This document shows positions 20,356 to 29,828 of a stretch of 64,000 bases of DNA, piece after piece. The notes below the pieces were generated by a model that worked only from the letters and a program-made list of their open reading frames with translations, did no database searches and was not told the DNA's origin. Every line of letters begins with the position of its first letter. Positions within the stretch are counted from its first letter, which is position 1. The translations under genes and the position numbers were made by a program. Origin of the DNA: a virus; IMG/VR virus record IMGVR_UViG_3300037149_000100; one strand, written 5' to 3'.

Positions 20356-21038
20356 TGAATGAATTGTTGAAGAAGCACTCGCCCTCAGCCAATAAAGAGG
20401 CGGGCGCTTCTTTGCTTGTTCGTAAAGAGGCTGTGGACGCAGAATTGACCGAATTGGCCAGACCGGGTGTGGGAACTATCTATGACCGAGAATATCAGAC
20501 TGGAGGGAACCCATTCGCTAATAAGCGACCCGCTAACCCCAATCAGAATGATGATGCGGTTCCGGTTGCCCCAGATTCTAAGGAAGTGACCGCTGAACTC
20601 CAGACTGAGATGGTTGGAGAGGGTGGGAAACGTCACCAACGCCACTATCCCATGAAAGACAACAAAATAATGTCCGAAACGACAAAAGAAGAAATTGGAG
20701 ACGAGCAGGGTGAGGATTGGATCCATCACCACAGCAGCTTGACGGCCAAAGTTCACTCTTATGACTTTGAACAGGATCGAAATCGTAAGATTGCAAATAG
20801 AGTGGCGGCTAACCGCTACTTCAAGCAGTATGTCTCGGCAGAAAACATCAAAACCAACAACGATATCCTTATGGTCAACATTCCTCGCGGAAAAGTTGCT
20901 CAGGCGGAGTTCAGTCCCACAGCCATGCTTCGTATGGAACGAGAACTCTCTACCACTTTGAATGTACGTGCTAAATATGCACATGTAGTGCTCAACGCTG
21001 GCTTCGATGGAGTTTGCTTCGAGTTCATGTTGGTTTAA
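20355..21038 (+). CDS. Hypothetical protein (head module)
   Basis: 227-aa ORF overlapping the tube stop (TAATG); KEA and KIA motifs. Confidence 0.7.
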   Translation: MNELLKKHSPSANKEAGASLLVRKEAVDAELTELARPGVGTIYDREYQTGGNPFANKRPANPNQNDDAVPVAPDSKEVTAELQTEMVGEGGKRHQRHYPMKDNKIMSETTKEEIGDEQGEDWIHHHSSLTAKVHSYDFEQDRNRKIANRVAANRYFKQYVSAENIKTNNDILMVNIPRGKVAQAEFSPTAMLRMERELSTTLNVRAKYAHVVLNAGFDGVCFEFMLV

Positions 21039-21039
21039 G

Positions 21040-21909
21040 ATGAAGAAGCAAGCCACTGGCGTTCTCTCAGACCCTATAATCAGCCTCACGCAGTGGGATA
21101 AACTGCACGGGGGGAAGTTTGGTCACAAGAACGCTTCTTTCTCTAAAATTGCTGGTAATACTTCCAAATATTTGCTCTCCCATGTGACCATTATGGCCTC
21201 TGTGATGTGCGAAAAAGATCCCACAGACTGGCTAATTGTTCCAGAATGCAGTTACTTGGTCAACAACAATGATGATGGCTGGGAAAATACAGTTTTAAAG
21301 ATGTCCTATAGAAGTTTTGTTGGTGCATTTAATTTTCTGGAGCACTATCAAAACAGTAAAGCGGCGAAAGGCCACATCCTTGATGCCGTCCTACGTAAGA
21401 TACACCTTAATTCTGAAGTTTGGGCCTATTTCGTGGATCTGCTGGTTGCAACCGATCTCTCTAATGAGGATCTGGTTCACAAGATCAGAAGCGAGAAAAT
21501 AAAGTATCTCTCTATGGGATGCACCACAGATTTAGTCGTCTGCTCCTACTGTGGGCAGCGAGTTACGGATAATGGCAACTACTGTTCTCACCTCCAATAC
21601 AATAAAGGCTCATTCCTTCCCGATGATGATGGTATTCCTCGTCGTGTAGCAGAGTTGTGCGGCCATAAGACCCTACCAAATGGTGGTGTCCGGTTTATCG
21701 AAGCCAGTTGGGTCGCTATCCCTGCATTCCCCGGTGCCTCCGTTCAGAAAATCATTTCTACAGATTGGGAAGGCCCAAAAACAGCCTTTACCAAAGATGC
21801 GGAATTGTTAGACGCTAGTGGTCATCGGACCTCCAGCAAAGCTGCATCCCAACTAGTTCTACCCAAACCCTCAGCCCTCACGGCTGAACTTGGTCGCTTA
21901 AAGCTATAG
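21040..21909 (+). CDS. Prohead (capsid maturation) serine protease with zinc-ribbon insert
   Basis: NNNDDGW, FLEH, LSMGC, CSYCG..CSH, FIEASWVAIPAF (HK97/herpes-type protease pattern); upstream of scaffold and capsid genes; likely start MKKQA at 21040. Confidence 0.8.
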   Translation: MKKQATGVLSDPIISLTQWDKLHGGKFGHKNASFSKIAGNTSKYLLSHVTIMASVMCEKDPTDWLIVPECSYLVNNNDDGWENTVLKMSYRSFVGAFNFLEHYQNSKAAKGHILDAVLRKIHLNSEVWAYFVDLLVATDLSNEDLVHKIRSEKIKYLSMGCTTDLVVCSYCGQRVTDNGNYCSHLQYNKGSFLPDDDGIPRRVAELCGHKTLPNGGVRFIEASWVAIPAFPGASVQKIISTDWEGPKTAFTKDAELLDASGHRTSSKAASQLVLPKPSALTAELGRLKL

Positions 21910-21994
21910 TACCATTAATAAACTAGAGAGTTAAAACAACTTTCTAACCCCAGGAATAGAGAGCCTATTTCACCACCAAAAAGGAGTCAGAACC

Positions 21995-23251
21995 ATGGCC
22001 GAAGATCGTAAGTCCCTGAAAGAACGCCTCGCTAGCATCCGAGAAACAAAACAGTCTACCCATAAGGAAGCTAAGATTCGCGTAGCCTCTGCATGGACGC
22101 TTGCCAAGTCGCTGCTTCCGACCGCTCCGAACGAAATCCAGTACAAACTCGCTTCCTCACTCTTGGCAAACAGCACCAAGTCTCTGACCGCAATGCTGCG
22201 TCAGACGGCCATCAATGCTCATTATACCAAGGTTGCAGAGAAGTTCGAGCAGGTACACAAGGTCGAACTCAATGAGTTCCTCGAAGATGAGTCCTTCCTC
22301 AAGAAGATGAAGAACGAAGTCGAGAAGGAATTGAAGAGCGAGCCCAAGACGGCCAAGACCAAGAAGGCTGATGAGACCGAAGAGCCCAAGGATGAGGCTC
22401 CGAAGGATGAGGCCCCCAAGGACGAAATGCCCCCGATGGACGAAATGCCTCCAGAGGGTGACGTTCCTCCAGTTGACGAAGAAATGCCCCCAACGGATGA
22501 GACGATGCCCCCAGTTGACGAGACGATGCCTCCTGAAGGTGGAGCCCCCGCTGGTGAGCCCATTCCTGACGAAAAGAAACAGGAACTCCAGGAAAAGATT
22601 GACAATCTTGAAGCTGATGTTACTTCCCTTGAGGAAGCGATTGAAGGCGAAGAGGAACTCGATTTCACCAAGATTTTCAATGAAGACGACATGGGCGAAA
22701 AAACCGATGCGTTGGCAAATGAAGGTGAGGGCGAAGAGTTTGGTGAAGACGGTCTCCCCGTTGAAGCTGATGGTGGTGCAGGGTTCTTCGGATCCGAGCC
22801 CAATGAGCTTGAAGAGGGTGGAGCAACTGCATCCCCAGAAGATTTCTTCCATCATGCTTCCCGCTATGACATCACTTCTCTTGACATTTTGCTTGCTGAC
22901 TCCAAGACAGCCGCAAAGGTGCAGGGTGTGGATGATCCAATCGTAGAGCGCGGCGATATGGCTGATGACCTTCTAAATGAGGGTGGAGTGCCAGACTCTG
23001 AGGAAGACCATGAAGATGTGATCCTCTATGAGGTCCTGAAGACCTTGGGCGTGGATAAGTATGATCCGGGTGCCAAGCGTGAGGGTGAGCCAAAGCTCGA
23101 ACCCCCCAAGAAGTCTGTCGCTTCCAAGACTCCTGGCAAGCCAGCCGCAAAAGCTGCTTCGATTCGCAGCCTCGGCAATGTCAAGACCGCCACGGATATG
23201 AGCAAAGAGCAGGCAATGCTTGCCAACCTCGTCTTCACGGATGACATCTAA
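21995..23251 (+). CDS. Putative capsid scaffolding protein
   Basis: Acidic, coiled-coil, with DE(T)MPP repeats; between protease and capsid genes; AGGAG SD. Confidence 0.65.
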   Translation: MAEDRKSLKERLASIRETKQSTHKEAKIRVASAWTLAKSLLPTAPNEIQYKLASSLLANSTKSLTAMLRQTAINAHYTKVAEKFEQVHKVELNEFLEDESFLKKMKNEVEKELKSEPKTAKTKKADETEEPKDEAPKDEAPKDEMPPMDEMPPEGDVPPVDEEMPPTDETMPPVDETMPPEGGAPAGEPIPDEKKQELQEKIDNLEADVTSLEEAIEGEEELDFTKIFNEDDMGEKTDALANEGEGEEFGEDGLPVEADGGAGFFGSEPNELEEGGATASPEDFFHHASRYDITSLDILLADSKTAAKVQGVDDPIVERGDMADDLLNEGGVPDSEEDHEDVILYEVLKTLGVDKYDPGAKREGEPKLEPPKKSVASKTPGKPAAKAASIRSLGNVKTATDMSKEQAMLANLVFTDDI

Positions 23252-23277
23252 GTAGTAAGCGAATAGCTCTCTGAACT

Positions 23278-23307
23278 ATCAGCCCCTCTTACGAGGGGCT
23301 GATTTTT
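23278..23307 (+). terminator. Rho-independent terminator
   Basis: ATCAGCCCCTC-TTAC-GAGGGGCTGAT followed by a T run. Confidence 0.75.
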
Positions 23308-23760
23308 ATGTGGACAAATGAAAGCAAAACTTGGGAGTTGATTTATATTCTTAAAGAAAAGAAGATGATGACTTCCAGGATTTGGAATTCGCTTAAACAG
23401 CGAACCTCTACGGCCAAGTTTTACTACTTCACCAGTCGTAATGGTTTTCAATTCTTTCAAAATAGAGTTTATACGGCTCAATATGTTAGAAATTGGATGT
23501 GGGTCTACGAACAGTTTAAGAACAAACTTTCTAACCCTAACGCCAATTACATGAATGTAAAATATCAGGTTAGTGTGGAAGACGTAGAGCACCCAGAAGG
23601 CTGTAAATGGGCCGAAGTAACTGGCCTAAACCTGGATGATATGGACTCCCTCTCCAGTCAGTGCGACACCTTCGCCTATCAGAGTGATGCGGAGCCGAAG
23701 GTGCTCAGGGAGTTCCCGTTGACCACATTTACTCAAAATAAGGCGGAATTGCTGTATTAA
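23308..23760 (+). CDS. Hypothetical protein (AT-richer insert; start uncertain)
   Basis: 150-aa ORF converging on the GIY-YIG gene. Confidence 0.5.
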   Translation: MWTNESKTWELIYILKEKKMMTSRIWNSLKQRTSTAKFYYFTSRNGFQFFQNRVYTAQYVRNWMWVYEQFKNKLSNPNANYMNVKYQVSVEDVEHPEGCKWAEVTGLNLDDMDSLSSQCDTFAYQSDAEPKVLREFPLTTFTQNKAELLY

Positions 23761-23762
23761 CT

Positions 23763-24317
23763 CTATCTAGTTAATGACCAGCCCTCGTTCAAATAGTAAT
23801 CAATCTGCTGATTTCTCACTCGCTTATACTTCTGTCCCTTATACATTTTTATTGTATTAGCAAACATTTCTTTCATTGATTGTCTCCACTCCTCATTGTT
23901 GGCCACATTATTATTCCCGCGCTTCTTTGCAATGGCTGACATTTTTTGTTTAGTTTCTTTCGAGCGTTTCACTCCAAGCTGAGACCCAGCGGTTACACAG
24001 GTATTATATAGTTCCACTCCATCAGATTTCAGTTTTTCCAACCAATACTGCTCTCTAAGCAGGAGAGCTTCTCGGGTGGGCTCAGTAACCTCTATAACTG
24101 ACCATTGGAATGCGTTGACTCCATATCTTTCCCACGCCCGACTTAAATGCTCATTACTGTGGATTTTTTTGTTAAGCTCATTATGGTGCCGCCGCCATCT
24201 TCGGTAGAAGTTCAGGGCTGAACCTATATAGCAGACTCCGCTCTCCTTATTATCTATGCGATACACCCCCGCCCTCATGTCGTACGGAAAGGGGTAGGTT
24301 CCCAATGGTCTCGCCAT
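23763..24317 (-). CDS. Free-standing GIY-YIG homing endonuclease with NUMOD3-like motif
   Basis: GVYRI...CYIGS..RW.RH...REQYW...YN, then GVKRSKETKQKMS; GAGGAG SD. Confidence 0.9.
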   Translation of the reverse strand: MARPLGTYPFPYDMRAGVYRIDNKESGVCYIGSALNFYRRWRRHHNELNKKIHSNEHLSRAWERYGVNAFQWSVIEVTEPTREALLLREQYWLEKLKSDGVELYNTCVTAGSQLGVKRSKETKQKMSAIAKKRGNNNVANNEEWRQSMKEMFANTIKMYKGQKYKRVRNQQIDYYLNEGWSLTR

Positions 24318-24483
24318 TATTTTTTCTCCTCATTAATAGAACGCGAATATCATGTGATAAAAGTAACCTTGTTTTATAAATACCCCTTCCTTCTTTGCAC
24401 AAGCAACTTCACATTGTAGTGATCTCGCCACCTCGGCTGATCCGTGAAGAAGCGATAAAAATCAACTCATATAGGAGAGATTA

Positions 24484-25292
24484 ATGTATCTCGAACTTAG
24501 TGACTTGGGTCTTCACAGTGGAAACGTTGTGAATGTAAGGTTTAAACTTGGAGAACGCTTAACAGATAATGCTGATGCCAATTCCAAACGAAGCCGGTCA
24601 ATTGGTGCAGGATCGGAACGCTTAGAGGCCATAATAACCCACCTAAATTGAAAGCTAAGCTTTTAATATGGTGAAGGAATGGTCCAGACCACGAACACCC
24701 ATTTGGGGTGGCGGTGAAAACCGAAGTGGTAGAGAAAAAAGCAAATATGGGGTTAAAACCATAAAAAGCTTAGAATAGTGAGTACTACGGTCAGAATGAC
24801 GGAACTTGCGTCCCCAATCTGACTCTCACAGGTGATCCTGGGACTGATAATGCTGCATTGACTGCTGCTGGTTACACCTCTGGTGCAATCGTCAGTATTC
24901 TTTACAACGGGGCAGTTACCCCTGGCGTTCTCAACCTGATCATCCACCCTCTGGACGGCGCAAACTCCCTCACCGGAGCCGGTCCAGAAGTGCCCTACGG
25001 CTTCCTGCTCTTGGGTGCTGGCCAGTTCTCGTCTTCCATTACCCCTTCGGGTTCTGGCAAGACCCCTGTGGTCCGCGCATTCCCCAAGTTCAAGGTTCCC
25101 TCCGCTCAGGTCACCGGAACCCCCCTCGTTGGTCAGCGTCTCTACACTGCTAACGTTGGTGGATCGATTGGTCCTGGCATGTTTACGGCTACCGCTGGTA
25201 CCGCGAACACCGCTGGTTCCATCGTAGTGGGTATCTGCACCCACGCTATCTCTGCCACCGAGCCTTGGCTTGGCGTTGCCTCGTTCTTGTAA
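24484..25292 (+). CDS. Head decoration/minor capsid-like protein, spliced (exon 1 24484-24497, exon 2 24779-25292; 175 aa)
   Basis: AGGAG SD before ATG 24484; joined exons give MYLELEYYGQNDGTCVPN... in frame with ORF 24858..25292; Gly/Thr-rich; directly upstream of the capsid gene. Confidence 0.7.
24498..24778 (+). ncRNA. Group I self-splicing intron without an internal ORF
   Basis: P2 TTCACAGTG-GAAA-CGTTGTGAA (24512-33); P AAACTTGGAGAACGC pairing with Q GCCAATTCCAAACGAAGC; R TAGAGGCCATA (24623-33) pairing with S GAAGGAATGGTCC (24673-85); P9 CGGT-GAAA-ACCG; exon ends in U, intron ends in G, removal restores frame. Confidence 0.85.
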
Positions 25293-25307
25293 AGGGAGAC
25301 AAATACA

Positions 25308-26246
25308 ATGACTATTCTTTCCCGCACCCAAGCACAGACCGCCCAGCTTGGTCAGATTCTGAAGACCGCAGCCGGTCGCCAGAAGCTCGCCGCCGCTCTA
25401 GGCCCCTCTCTTCGTCGTCGTCGTGACTACATGTCAATCGCCCGCAAGGCATTGATGGTGGAAACGCTTCCCGATGGAGCCCTCCCGATTTATGACAAGG
25501 AATTTGACGAAACCGGACGCAGCTTCGTGCAGGCGTTCGTGGTCGGTGAACAGGGTGGAGACGTTGTTAACGTTGCCAACCCAATCCGTGTCACGGTCCC
25601 AACGTTTGAAATCGTGTCCAACCCCATGATTCCAATCACCCAGATCAAAGAGCGCAGATTCGATATCGTTTCTCGCGCCCTCAATCTGGCCAAGGCCGAA
25701 GTCGGTGCCGCTGAGGACAACTACGTGTTCGATCTGTTCCTTCATATTGACTCCGCTGCCACCACAGCCACTGCCGTAACCGGTTATACCGATTACGTGT
25801 ACAACAAGAGCCTCGCCTACTCCGTCAGTTCTTCGGCTGGTCCTTACGGAATCTCCGTAAGTCCATTCGCAGACGCCTTCGGAATGGTTCAGCGCCACGA
25901 CCTTAGCGTTGCCTACATCTTCATGAATCCTCGTGATTATGTGGACATCCTGAAGTGGACTGATAGCAACATCGACCGAGAGACTCAGCGTCACTTGCTG
26001 AAAACCGGCATCATGGGCTATCTGTGGGGAGCAACGATCTTGCAGTCCAGAAAAGTCGCCTATGGTGACATCTGGATTATGGCTGATGCTGAGTTCCTCG
26101 GTGTCATCCCTGAGCGTGTCCCCCTGACGGTGCTTTCCGCAGACCGTCCTGACCTCAGGCAGATCGGCTTCAGTGTTTTCGAGATTCTGGGATTTTTAAT
26201 TTTCAATCCTTCTGGATTGGAGAGAATCGTAATCACCCGGTCTTAA
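25308..26246 (+). CDS. Major capsid protein (HK97-like fold)
   Basis: 312 aa; DYMSIARKALMVETLPDGALPIYDKE, VTVPTFEI.SNP.I, GIMGYLWGATI; strong SD; followed by a terminator. Confidence 0.88.
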   Translation: MTILSRTQAQTAQLGQILKTAAGRQKLAAALGPSLRRRRDYMSIARKALMVETLPDGALPIYDKEFDETGRSFVQAFVVGEQGGDVVNVANPIRVTVPTFEIVSNPMIPITQIKERRFDIVSRALNLAKAEVGAAEDNYVFDLFLHIDSAATTATAVTGYTDYVYNKSLAYSVSSSAGPYGISVSPFADAFGMVQRHDLSVAYIFMNPRDYVDILKWTDSNIDRETQRHLLKTGIMGYLWGATILQSRKVAYGDIWIMADAEFLGVIPERVPLTVLSADRPDLRQIGFSVFEILGFLIFNPSGLERIVITRS

Positions 26247-26268
26247 AAAGTCCTTGATAATTAAGGCA

Positions 26269-26300
26269 AAGGGCCTCTTCGGAGGCCCTTGTTATTTCTT
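26269..26300 (+). terminator. Rho-independent terminator after the capsid gene
   Basis: AAGGGCCTC-TTCG-GAGGCCCTT followed by T-rich GTTATTTCTT. Confidence 0.8.
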
Positions 26301-26445
26301 ACAAAAATTAGTAAAAAATCGGCACCGGCCTCCACTCAATCTCAATTACTCTTAACCCAATTCATCCTACGTAAAACTAATCCAACTCAGTAAAATAATC
26401 TATCCAATTCCCTAGAATACCGAGTATTATATTGTAGGAGGTCCC

Positions 26446-27696
26446 ATGGACCAGACAATCAAAGATGCTTTTGCGGAAATACCCCATGATCCAGATTGGT
26501 TGGATCGCTACTTGAATTTTCTTGAGGAATCCACTATTCCGACTGAGGATGACTACTCCGAGTCTCATCATATTCTTCCCAGGAGTCTGTTTCCTGACTT
26601 TCAGTTGTTTACTCAGAACCCTTGGAATCGCATTGACTTGAAGGGGACGGACCATCTGATCGCTCACTACTTCCTACTGAAAGCTTTACCAGAGGTTCAT
26701 GCACTCAGACATGCGTTCTGCTTCATGGTGGGCATTAGGCAGGATCAGCCGGTTCCTGATATCTCTCCCATCCTTCTTCAAGAGATGGCTGAAGAGTATG
26801 TGTTTCAGAAAACTGGGCTCAGATGGGTAACTAAAGATGGTCAGGAGCTGAAGATTTTGCCTCATGAACACACGAAGTATTTAATGGACGGGTGGGCTCT
26901 GGGTAGGGCTTATACCCATTCTAATGAAACTCGGCTAAAAATTATTGATGGAAATAGGGAGTGGCACCGACTTGAATCTCTCAAGTCTGACGCTTATGTA
27001 TATCTGCCCCACGGTGATCAACATCATCGTCGTATATTTGGCTGCCCCCCAGAAGTTAGGGCAAAAATTTCTGCTGGGCTGACCGGATTGGTTCAGTCTG
27101 CTGAAACGATTGAAAAGCGGCGGCTGAAAATAGTTGGGACACATTGGGTCTGGAACCCAGACTCCAAGAAACAGTTATCCGTTTCTCGCCAGGGTGAGGG
27201 CAACAACCGCTTTGGCCAAGTTGGTTATTGGCGAGACAAACATCATTCTGAAGAGGAAAAGCAAAAAACCTCTGAGTCTCTCAAGCAGTTCAACAGGGAA
27301 CACCCTGATGTGAATCGGGATAACAAGCCCAGAGGGGAGGATCATTGGACGTTCGGCAGGGAGCGACCAGAGGAGACGAGACAGAAGATATCTGCCTCGC
27401 TGACGGGCAAGAAACAGTCCACAGCGACCAAACAGAAACGTGCGGAGTCCCTAGCGATGACTAAACTTCCCTCTTTTACTCCAGAAGAGGAAAGTATTTT
27501 TCATCGCATCCTCTCTGCCCCGACTGACAGAGAGCGAGAGTGTCTGGCTAGGTTGATTAGTTCCACCAAGCAAGCACCGGCCAAATCCTTAGCTCTGGGT
27601 CTCTGCTTCCTTCTCAACGGAGAGTGGCAGACTCGTGACCGCCGCTACTGGAGGACGGCTGAAACTTGGCTGAAGAAAAATAACATCGTTATTTGA
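26446..27696 (+). CDS. HNH homing endonuclease with multiple NUMOD3-like repeats
   Basis: ESHHILPRS...NRIDL...HLIAH, then repeated HSNETRLKI / PEVRAKIS / HSEEEKQK / RPEETRQKIS; AGGAGG SD. Confidence 0.88.
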   Translation: MDQTIKDAFAEIPHDPDWLDRYLNFLEESTIPTEDDYSESHHILPRSLFPDFQLFTQNPWNRIDLKGTDHLIAHYFLLKALPEVHALRHAFCFMVGIRQDQPVPDISPILLQEMAEEYVFQKTGLRWVTKDGQELKILPHEHTKYLMDGWALGRAYTHSNETRLKIIDGNREWHRLESLKSDAYVYLPHGDQHHRRIFGCPPEVRAKISAGLTGLVQSAETIEKRRLKIVGTHWVWNPDSKKQLSVSRQGEGNNRFGQVGYWRDKHHSEEEKQKTSESLKQFNREHPDVNRDNKPRGEDHWTFGRERPEETRQKISASLTGKKQSTATKQKRAESLAMTKLPSFTPEEESIFHRILSAPTDRERECLARLISSTKQAPAKSLALGLCFLLNGEWQTRDRRYWRTAETWLKKNNIVI

Positions 27697-27754
27697 CAAC
27701 AAACAGAGTAATAGTTCAATATCCCCTACGGGGGAACTCTTCCATGGAGAACAA

Positions 27755-28438
27755 ATGAACAAATGCTATAAATTCACCCGAGACGTTAACTTTCCCCTGA
27801 TGGGACCGGATGGGAAGACTCCAATGGGGTTTACGGCTCAGCCGGAGGACACGCTTACCCAGGTCTCCCACACCACCTATCAGCACTCTGATGGGTACAA
27901 GGAGCGTGAGATTGTGTTGACCGATCAGGGTATTGAGACCATGATTGGTCACGAGTGGCTTGAAGAGATTGGTGTCGAAGGCGAAGAGGGGGAAGACCAG
28001 GAACAGCCCACTGACCCCTATGATATCATCGCTGCGGCTCAGGCTCAGATTGCTGCCGCTCAGGCCGCTATCGATCAGGTCACTGCTAACAAGGCTATCG
28101 CCAAGGCTGCGGCTCTTAGGCCCCATGTCAGACCCAACACCCCTACTCCCAAGCCAGTCCCCACCCCCCAGGCTCCCCGTCCCGTTCCTCATCCGGTCAA
28201 GCCTGTCGTGCCAGCCCCCAAGCCAGCCCCAGCCCCTAAACCACTGCCTAAGCCAATCGCTAAGGTCGTAGCTCCTGCGGCTCCTGAGAAGACCTCTCCG
28301 ATCCTTGAGTCCGCTCTCGGTGAAGACCTTACGCAGGGTCACGGACAGCTTTCCGAAGCTGAGGCAGTGGATGCGGTTCTTTCCAGAGTCAAAAGGGTGA
28401 ATCGTCCCCGCACACCAGCAGGATCGGCAAAGGGCTAA
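27755..28438 (+). CDS. Hypothetical Pro/Ala/Lys-rich protein
   Basis: 227 aa, GGAG SD, PKP/PAP low-complexity tract. Confidence 0.7.
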   Translation: MNKCYKFTRDVNFPLMGPDGKTPMGFTAQPEDTLTQVSHTTYQHSDGYKEREIVLTDQGIETMIGHEWLEEIGVEGEEGEDQEQPTDPYDIIAAAQAQIAAAQAAIDQVTANKAIAKAAALRPHVRPNTPTPKPVPTPQAPRPVPHPVKPVVPAPKPAPAPKPLPKPIAKVVAPAAPEKTSPILESALGEDLTQGHGQLSEAEAVDAVLSRVKRVNRPRTPAGSAKG

Positions 28439-28439
28439 C

Positions 28440-28889
28440 ATGCTCCATCAATACCAGTCTGATCGTGAATTGAAGTTCCCTGACCAGCGGCTCTACACTA
28501 AGCCAGGGGATCTTCTAATGTACAACGACCTAACCTTTGCGCTGACGATTTATCGAAACTCTGTTCTGTTGGGAACGGTTCAATTCTCTCGAAGTGGATT
28601 GCAAGAGTTCCTTCGGCTTGGTTGGGTAAAAAAGCCTACCGAAGTCAACTCTCCCCCTAACCTTCCAGTTCCTTCTTACATTGTTGGAGTGGATTTGGGT
28701 TTTGGCGAGGATAAGTTGATGGAGGTAACGGCTATCCAGACATCCGATGGGGAACGAAAGATTGTTGACATCACAGAAGTGAAAGGGATTCCTGACTCCA
28801 TGCTTCCACTTGTTCCTGGGGTAACCCCGGATGAGCATGTGATCGAAGATGCAGCGATCCCCAGAACACGCAAAGCAAAAAAGTCTTAA
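28440..28889 (+). CDS. Hypothetical protein
   Basis: 149-aa ORF abutting the previous stop. Confidence 0.7.
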   Translation: MLHQYQSDRELKFPDQRLYTKPGDLLMYNDLTFALTIYRNSVLLGTVQFSRSGLQEFLRLGWVKKPTEVNSPPNLPVPSYIVGVDLGFGEDKLMEVTAIQTSDGERKIVDITEVKGIPDSMLPLVPGVTPDEHVIEDAAIPRTRKAKKS

Positions 28890-28919
28890 GACTACCGGCC
28901 CCTTTTAAGAGAGTGGCCG

Positions 28920-29828
28920 ATGTCGAATAATCCAAAGCAGCCAGATGAGGTGTGGGTTAGTATCCCGCTCTCCTATCTGGCTGTTTCTCGTTATAAAGTT
29001 GCTTTGAATATTAGGGAACTCACTACCCTGACGAACCAGTTCAGTCTGAAATATGTGAAGGGCTGTGTCCCAACCCTGATTCGTTCTCTCCCCAAAGAGC
29101 TTTCAATGCAGTATCGGGTGAAGTGTCAGAAAGAAGACTCAGACCCGGCTGGGCATGAAGTTCGAGTGAAGTTTGACATCTCCCAGGTAACCAAAGATAC
29201 CACCCTGAATGACCTTCAGGTTCGCTGTAGCTGCACGTGTCCCGCCTTTTTGTATTGGGGGGCTCAGTGGCACCTTCATGAACAGGACAGCTTAGAGGGG
29301 CAGCCACGGCCCCTCCTACAGGCTCCCCAGGAACGGCTTGACCTACGGAATGGTTACATGATCTGCAAGCATGTTAAAGTCGTATCTGATCGGATCATCC
29401 CTTCGATTAGTAAGGTCATTAAAAATATCTCCCGAGATCTTTTGGTCAAAGAGAACAAGACTCGTGAAGAGCAGGAGCTTCAGAGTCAGGAAGCTGATGA
29501 GAAGTTACAGCAGGCTCTACCACACGAAAAAGGTGAACCGCAGGCCCCCGCCCGACCCCCTAAGTCACCCCCTAAGCAGACTCCTCCGCAGAAGGCCCTC
29601 ACTCAAATGCAAGGGCCAAGCCCCCAAGAGGTTCAACGCAGACAGGATATGCTTCAGAAAGAGGAGGATCGCCTCATGGACCTCGTTATGAAGCCTATCG
29701 AACAAACCGAATCCGTAGAGGACATGCAGGAAGGCAAGCCTGCAAAACCCAAGAAACCAGAGCGAAGTGGTTTGGATATGGGGTTAAAACCCGGTCAAAA
29801 AGTTCGCTCACGCCCAGGAGTAATTTGA
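28920..29828 (+). CDS. SWIM-type zinc-finger protein
   Basis: VRCSCTCPAF...ICKH (CxC...CxH). Confidence 0.7.
   Translation: MSNNPKQPDEVWVSIPLSYLAVSRYKVALNIRELTTLTNQFSLKYVKGCVPTLIRSLPKELSMQYRVKCQKEDSDPAGHEVRVKFDISQVTKDTTLNDLQVRCSCTCPAFLYWGAQWHLHEQDSLEGQPRPLLQAPQERLDLRNGYMICKHVKVVSDRIIPSISKVIKNISRDLLVKENKTREEQELQSQEADEKLQQALPHEKGEPQAPARPPKSPPKQTPPQKALTQMQGPSPQEVQRRQDMLQKEEDRLMDLVMKPIEQTESVEDMQEGKPAKPKKPERSGLDMGLKPGQKVRSRPGVI

Noticed and set aside
12539-28441. Long antisense ORFs (e.g. 12539-13282, 20385-21089, 22157-22855, 24753-25331, 27716-28441)
   Set aside because: They lie opposite well-supported genes and show no motifs, so they are likely codon-bias shadows
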